Shown here piece after piece: positions 44,161-53,894 of a stretch of DNA of 56,806 nucleotides. Position numbers and translations under genes: made by a program. The stretch spans positions 1 to 56,806 of the IMG/VR virus record IMGVR_UViG_3300027805_000017; one strand, given 5' to 3'. The stretch's first letter is position 1. Every line of letters begins with the position of its first letter. Below the pieces are notes generated by a model. The model did not search any database and was not told the origin of the DNA. It was given only the letters and a program-made list of their open reading frames with translations. Source of the stretch: a virus (lineage: Duplodnaviria; Caudoviricetes).

Positions 44161-46208
44161 TGTTAGCGTCTAAAGGATTGATGGCGAGTCAGGGGGCGGG
44201 GAATAAGCCGCAAGCTATTGCTGTGGGGAACGCTGTTTCACCTTTTATTGCCGTATATAACTGGGGAGCAACGGGTTTTGGTGGGGTTTATAGCAATCCT
44301 GCTACTTTACCCACTGGTACTGGAAGAGGCGTAGCCTTTAGCCCCTCCGAAAATGCTATAGCGGTAGCTCACGGTACAACACCTTTCATAACCGTCTACC
44401 CTTGGTCTGCCAGCGGGTTTGGAACTAAATACGCTAACCCAGCAACCTTACCTACAGGTAGTACTACGCAGAGCGTAGCATTCAGTCCTGACGGTTCTGC
44501 TATTGCTGTAGTTCATGATTCATCTCCATTCGTAACTGCTTACCCTTGGAGTGTTTCTGGCTTTGGAACAAAATATACTAATCCCGCTACTCTACCTGCT
44601 GGTGCTGGAAACGGCGTAGCCTTTAGCCCTTCTGGAAATGCTATAGCGGTAGCTCACAGTACAACACCTTTCATAACCGCCTACCCTTGGTCAGGCTCAG
44701 GTTTTGGTACAAAATATGCTAATCCAGCTACATTACCTACTGGTCAAGGAAATAAAGTATCTTTTAGTCCAAACAGTTCTGCCATTGTTGTGACTCACGA
44801 AACAACGCCTTTTGTAACAGCTTACCCTTGGTCAGGCTCAGGTTTTGGTACAAAGTACGCTAACCCTGCAACATTACTTACTGGCACTGGGCGAGGCGTA
44901 GCATTCAGTCCTGATGGTTCTGCGATAGCTGTAGCTCACATTAATTCACCTTATATTACTGCCTACCCTTGGAGCGGCGCTGGGTTCGGTACAAAGTATA
45001 CCGATCCAGCTACCTTGCCTACTAGTGCTGGAAGTGGTGTAGCTTTTAGTTCTGATAGTTCTGCTATTGCTGTTGCTCACTCTGGATCACCATACATTAC
45101 AGCATACCCTTGGTCAGGTTCAGGGTTTGGCACTAAATATGCTGACCCTGCTATTCTTCCTACTGGAAATGCGACAAGCGTAGCATGGAGTACAGTAGGC
45201 GATCCGCCACCACCTATTTATAGTGTTGCTGTGGCTCACGCCGATACTCCGTTTGTTACAGCCTATCCGTGGAGTGTTTCTGGGTTTGGAACTAAATACG
45301 CTAACCCAGCTACGTTACCTACTGAATATGGATTTGGTGTGGCGTTTAGTCCTTCTGGAAATGCCATCGCTGTAGCGCATGATGTATCGCCTCGTATTAC
45401 GGCATACCCTTGGTTTAGCTCAGGATTTGGTACTAAATTTGCTAACCCAGCAACTTTACCTACAGGAACTGGATATGGCGTATCCTTTAGTCCTGATGGT
45501 TCTGCTATTGCCGTATCACATGACGCATCACCCCGCATAACCGCCTATCCTTGGTCTAGTAGTGGATTCGGAACCCAGTATTCCAACCCAGCAACTTTTC
45601 CTGCTGGTACTGGACAAGGCGTAGCATTTAGCCCAGATGGGTCTGCTATTGCTGTAGCTCACACTACATCACCAAACATCTCAGCTTACCCTTGGTCTGG
45701 TTCTGGATTTGGTACTAAGTACGCTAACCCTGCTACTTTACCTGCTGGTACTGGAAATGGTGTGGCATTCAGTCCTGACGGTTCTGCTATTGCTGTTGCT
45801 CATGATTCATCTCCATTCGTAACTGCTTATCCGTGGTCAGGATCGGGTTTCGGTACAAAATACGCCGATCCTGCTACTTTACCTGCGGGAACAGGAACTG
45901 CTGTAGCATTTAGTCCGAACGGTTCTGCCATAGCTGTAGCTCACTTTACATCGCCGTTTATTACCGCATATCCTTGGTCAGGTTCTGGTTTCGGGACGAA
46001 ATTTGCTAATCCTGCTACTTTACCACCTAACTTTTTATATGGCGTATCCTTTAGCCCCGATAGTTCTGCTATAACTTTAGCTAATGTTTCATCACCATTT
46101 ATCACGGCATATCCTTGGAGCGGCTCAGGCTTTGGAACTAAATATGCTGACCCAGCAACATTACCTGCCGGAACTGGGCGAGGCGTAGCTTTCGGTAAAA
46201 TCAACTAA
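44160..46208 (+). CDS. Tandem WD40-like beta-propeller (14 repeats of ~45 aa, 7+7); probable receptor-binding protein
   Basis: Unit VAFSPDGSAIAVAH..PFITAYPWSGSGFGTKYANPATLP; GDPPPP linker after repeat 7. Confidence 0.8.
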   Translation: MLASKGLMASQGAGNKPQAIAVGNAVSPFIAVYNWGATGFGGVYSNPATLPTGTGRGVAFSPSENAIAVAHGTTPFITVYPWSASGFGTKYANPATLPTGSTTQSVAFSPDGSAIAVVHDSSPFVTAYPWSVSGFGTKYTNPATLPAGAGNGVAFSPSGNAIAVAHSTTPFITAYPWSGSGFGTKYANPATLPTGQGNKVSFSPNSSAIVVTHETTPFVTAYPWSGSGFGTKYANPATLLTGTGRGVAFSPDGSAIAVAHINSPYITAYPWSGAGFGTKYTDPATLPTSAGSGVAFSSDSSAIAVAHSGSPYITAYPWSGSGFGTKYADPAILPTGNATSVAWSTVGDPPPPIYSVAVAHADTPFVTAYPWSVSGFGTKYANPATLPTEYGFGVAFSPSGNAIAVAHDVSPRITAYPWFSSGFGTKFANPATLPTGTGYGVSFSPDGSAIAVSHDASPRITAYPWSSSGFGTQYSNPATFPAGTGQGVAFSPDGSAIAVAHTTSPNISAYPWSGSGFGTKYANPATLPAGTGNGVAFSPDGSAIAVAHDSSPFVTAYPWSGSGFGTKYADPATLPAGTGTAVAFSPNGSAIAVAHFTSPFITAYPWSGSGFGTKFANPATLPPNFLYGVSFSPDSSAITLANVSSPFITAYPWSGSGFGTKYADPATLPAGTGRGVAFGKIN

Positions 46209-46224
46209 CTATAAAGGAAGTCAA

Positions 46225-46479
46225 ATGACTGACAAAGTACAAACCCGTGAAGAAATCCTAAACTCCGCACTTGAAGCAAGAGTGCAAGAGGTGATGCATT
46301 ATCAGATCAACATCGACAACTATGCTTTGGCATTGCAGCAAATTTCTAGTCTGCCTGCTGATGAGCAAGTTGATTTGTCTGCATTTGCGGAGCAGCTTCG
46401 TGGTTTGTTGGCATCTGAAAAGATTGAACAAAAGAAAGCCAAGATTATGATGGCTGTCTTACAGGCACAGGTGAGCTAA
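46225..46479 (+). CDS. Small helical protein (84 aa), possible fibre chaperone
   Basis: AAAGGA RBS; position. Confidence 0.6.
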   Translation: MTDKVQTREEILNSALEARVQEVMHYQINIDNYALALQQISSLPADEQVDLSAFAEQLRGLLASEKIEQKKAKIMMAVLQAQVS

Positions 46480-46986
46480 ATGTACGCACTCATTGAAAAC
46501 GGCGCTGTGGTGCAATACCCATACAGCGTTAGTAATCTAATACAAGACAACCCCGAAACAAGTTTTCCTGCTGACATTAGCAACGCTACGCTGGAATCTT
46601 TTGGTGTGTATATCGTCTACAACACAACCCCTCCCGTCATTACAAACGACCAGTATCTGCAAGAGGGTACGCCCGTTTATAACGATGAAGATCAACGCTG
46701 GGAGCAAGTCTGGATTGTGGTTGACATGACACCAGAGCAGATTGCACAGCGTGATGAGTCGGATAGACAGGCTAATAAAGCACAGGCAGAAACCTTGTTG
46801 CAGCAGACAGATTGGACAACCATCCCTGACGTCTCTGACCCAGCGGTATCCGACCCATACCTGACGAACTCCGCTGAATTTGCTGCTTACCGCAGTAATG
46901 TCAGAAAGATTGCTGTTAACCCGCCTGTGACGGTAGACGTATGGCCTGTCGAGCCTGAAGAGGTTTGGGCGTATACAGATGCCTAA
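46480..46986 (+). CDS. Tail fibre assembly chaperone
   Basis: LLQQTDWTTIPD..AAYRSNVRKI..VWP. Confidence 0.75.
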   Translation: MYALIENGAVVQYPYSVSNLIQDNPETSFPADISNATLESFGVYIVYNTTPPVITNDQYLQEGTPVYNDEDQRWEQVWIVVDMTPEQIAQRDESDRQANKAQAETLLQQTDWTTIPDVSDPAVSDPYLTNSAEFAAYRSNVRKIAVNPPVTVDVWPVEPEEVWAYTDA

Positions 46987-47275
46987 TGAGATAGACCGCT
47001 GGAAGAACCGCAGGCATATGGCTTGGGTCTGTATGGTCGCAGGCATAGGCTACCCCCTGCTGGTTCTTGGCACAAACTCCCGTGAGCTTGGCGAGATAGC
47101 GGTTCCTTTCTATATGTTCATCGCAAGTGTAGTGGGTGCGTACATCGGTTTTGCGGCGTGGGATGATCGCAATGTTATGGTAAGCAAGCGAAAAGACTAC
47201 CAGTACGACGACCCCATGAGCCGCAGTGGGCGTGATTACCGTAACAACATAGACTACACAAATGCTAGATTTTAA
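46979..47275 (+). CDS. Putative holin (two TM segments)
   Basis: RWKNRRHMAW plus two hydrophobic helices; first in lysis cassette. Confidence 0.6.
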   Translation: MPNEIDRWKNRRHMAWVCMVAGIGYPLLVLGTNSRELGEIAVPFYMFIASVVGAYIGFAAWDDRNVMVSKRKDYQYDDPMSRSGRDYRNNIDYTNARF

Positions 47276-47717
47276 GACGACCGTAATCGCTGCCGCTGCC
47301 GCCCTTGTGATTGGTGCATTGGGTGGATGGACTGCGAACGGATGGCGCTTAAACGGCAAGATTGACCAGATGATTGCCCGTCACAGTCAGGACTTATCCA
47401 AAGCCACAGAAGCCGCCTTAGCTGAGACGGTCAGACTCCAAAAGGTGAAAGATGATGCTCTCGAAGAAGCTAACAAACTGGCACAGAAGAATGCTAATTC
47501 TGCTGCCTCTGCTCGCTCTGAGCTTAGTCGGGTGCGCAAACAACTTGCCAATAGCGTCACCATCGGCAGTAGTACCTGCGCCTCCACCCGTAACTATGCC
47601 TCAACTCTCTCTGTCGTATTCGGAGAGTGTTCAACTCGACTTGTTGAGATGGCAAAAGATGCTGACGGACACGCCTCTGATTCCAGAACCTTCCAACGTG
47701 CATGGCCTAGGAAATAA
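47262..47717 (+). CDS. Inner-membrane spanin (Rz-like)
   Basis: N-terminal TM, GWTANGWR, periplasmic coiled coil. Confidence 0.8.
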   Translation: MLDFKTTVIAAAAALVIGALGGWTANGWRLNGKIDQMIARHSQDLSKATEAALAETVRLQKVKDDALEEANKLAQKNANSAASARSELSRVRKQLANSVTIGSSTCASTRNYASTLSVVFGECSTRLVEMAKDADGHASDSRTFQRAWPRK

Positions 47718-47721
47718 ATAA
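47491..47721 (+). CDS. Outer-membrane spanin lipoprotein (Rz1-like) overlapping Rz
   Basis: Lipobox LSLVGC, Pro-rich mature part, shifted frame within Rz. Confidence 0.75.
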   Translation: MLILLPLLALSLVGCANNLPIASPSAVVPAPPPVTMPQLSLSYSESVQLDLLRWQKMLTDTPLIPEPSNVHGLGNK

Positions 47722-48338
47722 TGTTGGTAACCACCCCCATGCTGCACTGCATCACAACCCCTGAGCTTGCCGACAAGTGGGTAAACGCATTAAACGAGAC
47801 CTGTGAAGAGTTTGCAATTGACACACCGTTCAGGATTGCGGGGTTCTTGAGTAACGTGGCGCATGAGAGCGCAGGCTTTAAGTTTGTCAAAGAGAACTTG
47901 AACTACTCCGCTGCGAGCCTGATGCGTGTCTGGCCTAGCCGTTTCCCGAATGTGGAGATAGCTCAAAGATACGCCATGCAGCCAGAAAAGATTGCCAACC
48001 GTGCCTACGCTGACAGGATGGGCAATGGGGACGAAGCCTCTGGAGATGGAGCTAAGTTTTTGGGCAGGGGTCTGATCCAGTTGACTGGCAAAAATAACTA
48101 TGTCGCCTACAGTATGGCTTGCGATAACGAAGCCTTGCAGCACCCTGAAATCGTCGAGCAGCCCAAGTACGCTGCCGAATCTGCTGGATGGTTCTGGAAT
48201 GTGAACAGGCTTAACACGCTGGCTGACGCTCAGGACGTGGGTGGGATGTGTAAAAGGATTAACGGCGGTTTTAACGGGCTAGATGACCGTCAAATGAAGT
48301 ACTCCAAGCTCATGGACTACTTTGACCAAGCCAGTTAA
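47721..48338 (+). CDS. Endolysin, glycoside hydrolase family 19
   Basis: AHESAGF..ENLNYS, GRGLIQLTGKNNY, SAGWFW, KRINGG.NGLDDR. Confidence 0.92.
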   Translation: MLVTTPMLHCITTPELADKWVNALNETCEEFAIDTPFRIAGFLSNVAHESAGFKFVKENLNYSAASLMRVWPSRFPNVEIAQRYAMQPEKIANRAYADRMGNGDEASGDGAKFLGRGLIQLTGKNNYVAYSMACDNEALQHPEIVEQPKYAAESAGWFWNVNRLNTLADAQDVGGMCKRINGGFNGLDDRQMKYSKLMDYFDQAS

Positions 48339-48363
48339 AATCGGAAGAAAATAGGGTTTTATC

Positions 48364-50229
48364 ATGGCATACATACGTTTAGCGCTTACACCTGGCATTG
48401 ATAAACAAAACACCGAATATGGTGCCGAAGGCGGCTGGACGGATTGCGACCACGTACGGTTTCGTTACGGTTTGCCAGAAAAATTAGGCGGTTGGACACC
48501 CTTTGACCAAAATGAAACGTACCTAATTGGCCTTGCAAGCGACACGTTTACATGGAATGCGCTAGACGGTACAGCGCATATGATCATTGGTACCACCCGT
48601 AAACTCTACGTTTTTGCCAGCGGCACATGGGCAGATATCACCCCGATTCGCGCAACTTCAGACCCAGGCGACGCTACATTTGTGGCTGTCGATGGCTCTA
48701 CAACCCTTACGGTTACCCAGGTTGATCACGGCGCTATTACGGGCGATTTTGTTACCTTTTCTGCGGCAGTGTCCTTGGGAGGTGTAATTACGGCTCCTGT
48801 ATTAAACCAAGAGTACGAGATTACGCTGGTTGTGGACGATGATACCTATGAAATCACCGCACCAATTGCGGCGAATGCGTCAGATACAGGTGATGGTGGC
48901 GCCGCTACTGTAGCTACATATCAGATTAACGTAGGTACAGATATTAACTATTTTGACTTTGGGTGGGGCGTCGGTACTTGGGGCTTGTCTACATGGGGTA
49001 CACCCCGTCCTGCCTCTGTTGCCAACCAGATTACATCAAGAATATGGCAGTTAGATGCCTTTGGTGAGGACGTGGTTTGCCAATTGGTGGATGGTCCTGC
49101 TTACTTGTATGACACCTCCGCGGGCCTCGCTACGCGGGCCACGATCATTGCAGGAGCACCCACCAAGAGTAAGTATGCGCTTATATCCACCCCCGACAGG
49201 CATTTTGTTTGTTTCGGCACGGAGTCTACGATTGGTGTACCAAGCACTCAGGATCCGATGTTTGTGCGGTTCTCTGACCAAGAAAACTTAAACGATTTTG
49301 TAGAGACTGCGACCAATACGGCGGGCGGTCAGCGCTTGACGGACGGTAGTCGGATTGTTTCTGCAATCCGTTCACGTGGTCAGATTCTGATTTTCACAGA
49401 TACATCGCTGCATGGTATGCAGTTTGTAGGTCCGCCATTTGTTTTTGGTTTCCAGCAATTGGGTGCTAACTGCGGCTGTATCGGGGCTCACGCGGCTGTT
49501 GATGTCAACGGTATTGCGTTCTGGATGGGTCCAGAGGCTTTTTACATGTTTGACGGAACGGTCAAGAAAATGGCATGTACGGTCCAAGACTTTGTGTTCA
49601 AGGATCTGAACTTGGTGCAAGGGTCTAAGTTCCACGCCGGTGTAAACTCACAATTTAACGAAGTGACGTGGTGGTATAGCTCCTTTACCTCTGACTATAA
49701 CGATCGGTTTGTAACGTATAACTACCTTGAAAACGTCTGGTCGATTGGCTCAATGCCACGTAGTGCATGGACAGATATTGGTACTTATCGCAGACCCATT
49801 GCGACTGAGTATTTGGTTAATAGTACAGAGCCTAGTCTGACAACAATTCAGGGACTAACTGCAGGACGCAGCATTGCGTACAACCAAGAAGACGGGTTTG
49901 ACGCAAACGGACAGCCCATTGACGCGTACATTGTCTCGGGTTATTTTGACTTAGGCGATGGCGATAACATGCTCTTTATGAAGCGCTTTATCCCTGACTT
50001 TAAGAATCAAGTGGGGAATCTGACCGTGCGCTGCTTACTGCGCCCATATCCGCAGGCAACGGCGAGCCCAAGCTCGCTAGATCCTTACGTCATTACGCCT
50101 ACCACACAAAAGGTGGATACGCGCGCACGCGGGCGACAGATTCAGTTGCGCATTGAGAGCGTGGATTTGAACACAAACTGGCGCTTTGGTACGCTTAGAA
50201 TTGATGCTCAACCTGACGGCTTGCGGTAA
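48364..50229 (+). CDS. Tail hub / DNA stabilization protein (P22 gp10 / tail tubular B-like)
   Basis: 621 aa, beta-rich; VRFSDQE, GCIG..AV, RARGRQI. Confidence 0.65.
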   Translation: MAYIRLALTPGIDKQNTEYGAEGGWTDCDHVRFRYGLPEKLGGWTPFDQNETYLIGLASDTFTWNALDGTAHMIIGTTRKLYVFASGTWADITPIRATSDPGDATFVAVDGSTTLTVTQVDHGAITGDFVTFSAAVSLGGVITAPVLNQEYEITLVVDDDTYEITAPIAANASDTGDGGAATVATYQINVGTDINYFDFGWGVGTWGLSTWGTPRPASVANQITSRIWQLDAFGEDVVCQLVDGPAYLYDTSAGLATRATIIAGAPTKSKYALISTPDRHFVCFGTESTIGVPSTQDPMFVRFSDQENLNDFVETATNTAGGQRLTDGSRIVSAIRSRGQILIFTDTSLHGMQFVGPPFVFGFQQLGANCGCIGAHAAVDVNGIAFWMGPEAFYMFDGTVKKMACTVQDFVFKDLNLVQGSKFHAGVNSQFNEVTWWYSSFTSDYNDRFVTYNYLENVWSIGSMPRSAWTDIGTYRRPIATEYLVNSTEPSLTTIQGLTAGRSIAYNQEDGFDANGQPIDAYIVSGYFDLGDGDNMLFMKRFIPDFKNQVGNLTVRCLLRPYPQATASPSSLDPYVITPTTQKVDTRARGRQIQLRIESVDLNTNWRFGTLRIDAQPDGLR

Positions 50230-50232
50230 CCC

Positions 50233-51192
50233 ATGGCCAAGATATTTAACACCCGTCTGCCCAACGCCAATCCTGTTCAATACAGCCCTGAGCAGTTTGA
50301 CCAGTTGGTGCGCTCACTTGAGCAGGTCGTGTTGCAGCTTAATACGAGCTACACGCCCACGGCCTCTGACAATATTGCAGGGGCTAATGCGTGGTTCGCG
50401 GGCGGCGGCGGGAGTGCCGCGGGCGGTTTTGCTGGAGGCGTGCGGGGGTTTCAGCCAAGCAGTGGTATTTTGCTGCCCTACGGCATGTTTATGGATACGC
50501 TGGATCATAAGAGCTTGGGCACCACCTCAGAGAATATAGTGACGTTTAACACGCCTATTTTTGGTAATGGCGTGCGCGTAGGTAATCATTTGGCAAGCTT
50601 TACGGCAACCATTAACGATGGCACGCCACCTGGTGCGGGAACCGTGATGACTGTATCGGCAGTCTCGTCTGGCACTATTTTGAATGGCATGACGATTAGC
50701 GGCACGGGCGTGACGGCGGGCACAAAGATTGCTGCACAAGTCAGCGGTACCACGGGTGGGGTGGGTGTATACACGGTAGATACCTCGCAAGAAGTCGCAA
50801 GCATCACGATCCAAGGATCACGGGCCTCGAAGCTTTTGTTTGACTACGCGGGACAGTATCTGATTAACGTGAGTATTCAAGTGGCAAACCATGAGAACAC
50901 TATTTCAGAATTTGAGCTTTGGGCAAAGAACACGGGGGTAAATTACCCGCTTAGTAACACAAGGTTTGATTTACCCCCACGCAAAAGCGCATCAATTTGG
51001 GGACATGCCACACCTGCAATTGCGGGGATTTTTACGGTCACCAACCCGACAAGTGAGTATTTAGAGATGGCGTGGTGGGCGGAATTAGCGGACGTATATC
51101 TTGAGCATTATGCGGCAGGAACAAGCCCGACGCGCCCTGAAATACCGACAGTTATTCTGACTGCGGCGTTTGTTTCTGCAGAAGGAAATTGA
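50233..51192 (+). CDS. Tail-associated structural protein (319 aa)
   Basis: Position; T/G-rich middle. Confidence 0.6.
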   Translation: MAKIFNTRLPNANPVQYSPEQFDQLVRSLEQVVLQLNTSYTPTASDNIAGANAWFAGGGGSAAGGFAGGVRGFQPSSGILLPYGMFMDTLDHKSLGTTSENIVTFNTPIFGNGVRVGNHLASFTATINDGTPPGAGTVMTVSAVSSGTILNGMTISGTGVTAGTKIAAQVSGTTGGVGVYTVDTSQEVASITIQGSRASKLLFDYAGQYLINVSIQVANHENTISEFELWAKNTGVNYPLSNTRFDLPPRKSASIWGHATPAIAGIFTVTNPTSEYLEMAWWAELADVYLEHYAAGTSPTRPEIPTVILTAAFVSAEGN

Positions 51193-51193
51193 T

Positions 51194-51526
51194 ATGGCAA
51201 ATAAATACCTACGTAAGCATTTGATCCCTGCAGCGGCGGCCGAAGAAACCTTGTATACGGTACCGGCGGCCAACACGGCGATTGCTTCTTCCTTGCGCAT
51301 TACGAATGCAAATTCAACAAGCTCGGTATTGGACGTGATTGTCTATCCCTTGGGGGGTGCGACCCCGTATTATCTGTTGCGTTCATACTCTTTGCCGGTT
51401 AATGGCACGATGGACGCATTAAGTGGAGTTTCCCTAGTTCTTGAGTCTTCAGATGAGCTTGCAATAGAGTCCTCGGAGGCGGATGTTACCTTCTATTTAT
51501 CGTATTTAGAAGTAGACAGAAACTAG
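51194..51526 (+). CDS. Structural protein (110 aa)
   Basis: GAAGGA RBS; LYTVPAA..LVLESSDEL. Confidence 0.65.
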   Translation: MANKYLRKHLIPAAAAEETLYTVPAANTAIASSLRITNANSTSSVLDVIVYPLGGATPYYLLRSYSLPVNGTMDALSGVSLVLESSDELAIESSEADVTFYLSYLEVDRN

Positions 51527-51614
51527 GTTTTTGGAGCATAATGAGCCAATCTCCGCGTCGGTTGCTGGCGCGCGGCCCTGTGTGGTCTATGGCTAAAATT
51601 TAAAGGTATAGAAC

Positions 51615-53894
51615 ATGGCAGACGCGATGCAAGGCATTATGGCGCTTCCCCAAGCGCCCGAACAAGCAAGTACCCCTCCTGTAGACCCGATGGCGGGCGT
51701 TGATCCTGCGGCATTAGCTGCGTTTGAAGAAGCGCGCGCCACGGCTGATCCAGTCCAGGTAGGTACAGAGCTCCTGAAGGAAGGCGAAAAGGCGGATCCT
51801 GCAACGGTTTCTGAGTTGCGCCGAACGCTTAAAAGCGCCAATCTTCCTCCCCAAATTCTAGACGCAATTGGCCAGATGGTCGATGCGATTATGGCAGAGC
51901 CTGAAAAGTACCAAGAACTGCGTGCAGGATTCTTGGCTGAAGGCGTACCTGAGGACTTGTTGCCTGCGCAGTTTGATGCGGAGTTTTTCGGCGCATTGAA
52001 CTTAGTTCTCGATCAAATGAACACGGGTTATCCCCAAGAGCAAGCACCTGAGGCAGGTGGTATTGCCTCCATGCCCATGGGGGCGGTGGAGCCTGGTGCA
52101 CCACAAGCGTTTGCTCAGGGTGGTATTGCGGGTCTGAAGCCCTTGGCGGCTGAAATGGCCAAGATGGGACGTCGTGGCGACACGATGCTTGCGCACATCA
52201 CGCCCTCTGAGGCACGTATGCTGCGTCGCCGTGGCGGTAGCGGCACAATTAACCCGTCTACAGGACTGCCAGAATTCTTTTTAGGCAAGCTTTTTAAATC
52301 AGTTGGTAACGCATTTAAATCGGTGGGTAAAGCCATTGTTAGTGGTGTAAAAGCCATTGCTCGCGGAGTCAAGAAGTTTGCCAGCAGTACTGTGGGCAAG
52401 GTTGTGACTGCGGTTGCACTGGGTTTCTTTTTAGGACCCGCTGCGGCTGGACTTTTGGGCGTGACCTCCACGGCCGGAGTGGCTGCAGTTAGCGGCTTTG
52501 TTGGTGGTTTTGGCTCTTCCATGTTGGCGGGTCAAGGTATTGGCGCTGCGTTGAAAATGGGCGCAATTGGTGGTTTGGGTGCAGGACTGGGTGCAGGTGT
52601 CTTAGGTGGCGCAAATGCGTTTGCCGCAGGCAGCTACGCAGGTCCAACAACTGTCGCTGGGCAGTGGGATAGTCTTGTATCTGGGGCTAAAAACCTAGTC
52701 GGTGCAGGAACACCTACTTCTACCAGCACCGCAGGCTACGCTGATTTAGGTAGCTATGGCGATATGGCGCCCGCCTCTATAGCGCCCCCATCAGCGCCTA
52801 GCGTTACACCTAGCGTTACACCTACAGGTGCGCAGACCTTCCCTGTTGCTCCACCTACGGGCGGAACCATTACATCGCCGCCCTTTACGCCTAGCTACGA
52901 GGTGTCGCAAGGTGCGGTGGGTGGAACCAGTGTTCCTCAGGTCGATTTAGCTAACTTAGACGTGGGTTCTGTTGGCAGTCGTTATGGAGGGATAGGTGGT
53001 GGTCCAGGCTCAGAAATTCAGTATGGTAGTACGGCTACTGCACCCGCACCCGCACCCGCACCCGCTCCTACTGTTGCCGCTCCTACTGTTAGCTCTGATT
53101 ATGTCCCGCCTGCTAATTATGCTGGAAAAACAGCAGGCGCATTTATTGGCGAATATGGAGATGCCCCTAACTTGCTTCAGCAAGCACAGCAAGGTCTTTT
53201 GGACACGCAACAAGGTGCAACAGGACTGTTTGATAGGGCAAAGAACTTCTTCTTGCCAGAAGCACCTTCTACTGCGGATTTAATTGCAAAAGGAGAGGCT
53301 GCTGTAAGAGCATTAGGACCTAATGCTTCTGAGTATGCAAAAAAATTAGCTTTTGAAACCGCATCTAAAGCACCCAGCGCTATTCGTCAGTATCTACCTC
53401 TTGCTGCAGCCGGCTTAGGCATCATGTCTCTTGCGGGTGGCTTTAAAACCCCTGAATCAGTCAAACCAGGACTGATTCCACAGCAAACAGGATATGACTT
53501 ATACAAGCAGGATCCTGAGCGTTACGGGGTAACAGTCCCCGCAGCGACGACCACCTACGCCCCTACCTCTTACGAGAATATGTACTCAACACCGCTTGTG
53601 CGTAGAATGCCTGCACAATACATGCCGCAACAGAATGTGCGTCGCTTTGCAGAAGGCGGTTCGGCGCAGGAGCCTGACTACCCGACTGACATGGATGAAT
53701 ACATCCCCATGGACGGTCCGATTGACGGTCCAGGAACCGGCACTTCTGACTCTATTCCCGCCATGCTCTCGGACGGCGAATTTGTGATGACCGCAAGCGC
53801 TGTTAGGGGCGCGGGCAACGGCTCACGGCGCGAGGGTGCTAAACGCATGTACGCCCTAATGAAACAACTCGAAGAGGCCAATAATGGCAACTGA
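51615..53894 (+). CDS. Putative ejection/internal virion protein (759 aa)
   Basis: FAQGG..GRRGDTMLAHI..INPSTGLPEF; Gly-rich TM-like region; C-terminal GPGTGTSDSIPAMLSDGEFV. Confidence 0.7.
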   Translation: MADAMQGIMALPQAPEQASTPPVDPMAGVDPAALAAFEEARATADPVQVGTELLKEGEKADPATVSELRRTLKSANLPPQILDAIGQMVDAIMAEPEKYQELRAGFLAEGVPEDLLPAQFDAEFFGALNLVLDQMNTGYPQEQAPEAGGIASMPMGAVEPGAPQAFAQGGIAGLKPLAAEMAKMGRRGDTMLAHITPSEARMLRRRGGSGTINPSTGLPEFFLGKLFKSVGNAFKSVGKAIVSGVKAIARGVKKFASSTVGKVVTAVALGFFLGPAAAGLLGVTSTAGVAAVSGFVGGFGSSMLAGQGIGAALKMGAIGGLGAGLGAGVLGGANAFAAGSYAGPTTVAGQWDSLVSGAKNLVGAGTPTSTSTAGYADLGSYGDMAPASIAPPSAPSVTPSVTPTGAQTFPVAPPTGGTITSPPFTPSYEVSQGAVGGTSVPQVDLANLDVGSVGSRYGGIGGGPGSEIQYGSTATAPAPAPAPAPTVAAPTVSSDYVPPANYAGKTAGAFIGEYGDAPNLLQQAQQGLLDTQQGATGLFDRAKNFFLPEAPSTADLIAKGEAAVRALGPNASEYAKKLAFETASKAPSAIRQYLPLAAAGLGIMSLAGGFKTPESVKPGLIPQQTGYDLYKQDPERYGVTVPAATTTYAPTSYENMYSTPLVRRMPAQYMPQQNVRRFAEGGSAQEPDYPTDMDEYIPMDGPIDGPGTGTSDSIPAMLSDGEFVMTASAVRGAGNGSRREGAKRMYALMKQLEEANNGN

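Noticed and set aside
44160-46208. Diversity-generating retroelement target
   Set aside because: No reverse transcriptase; differences are not adenine-specific and mostly synonymous
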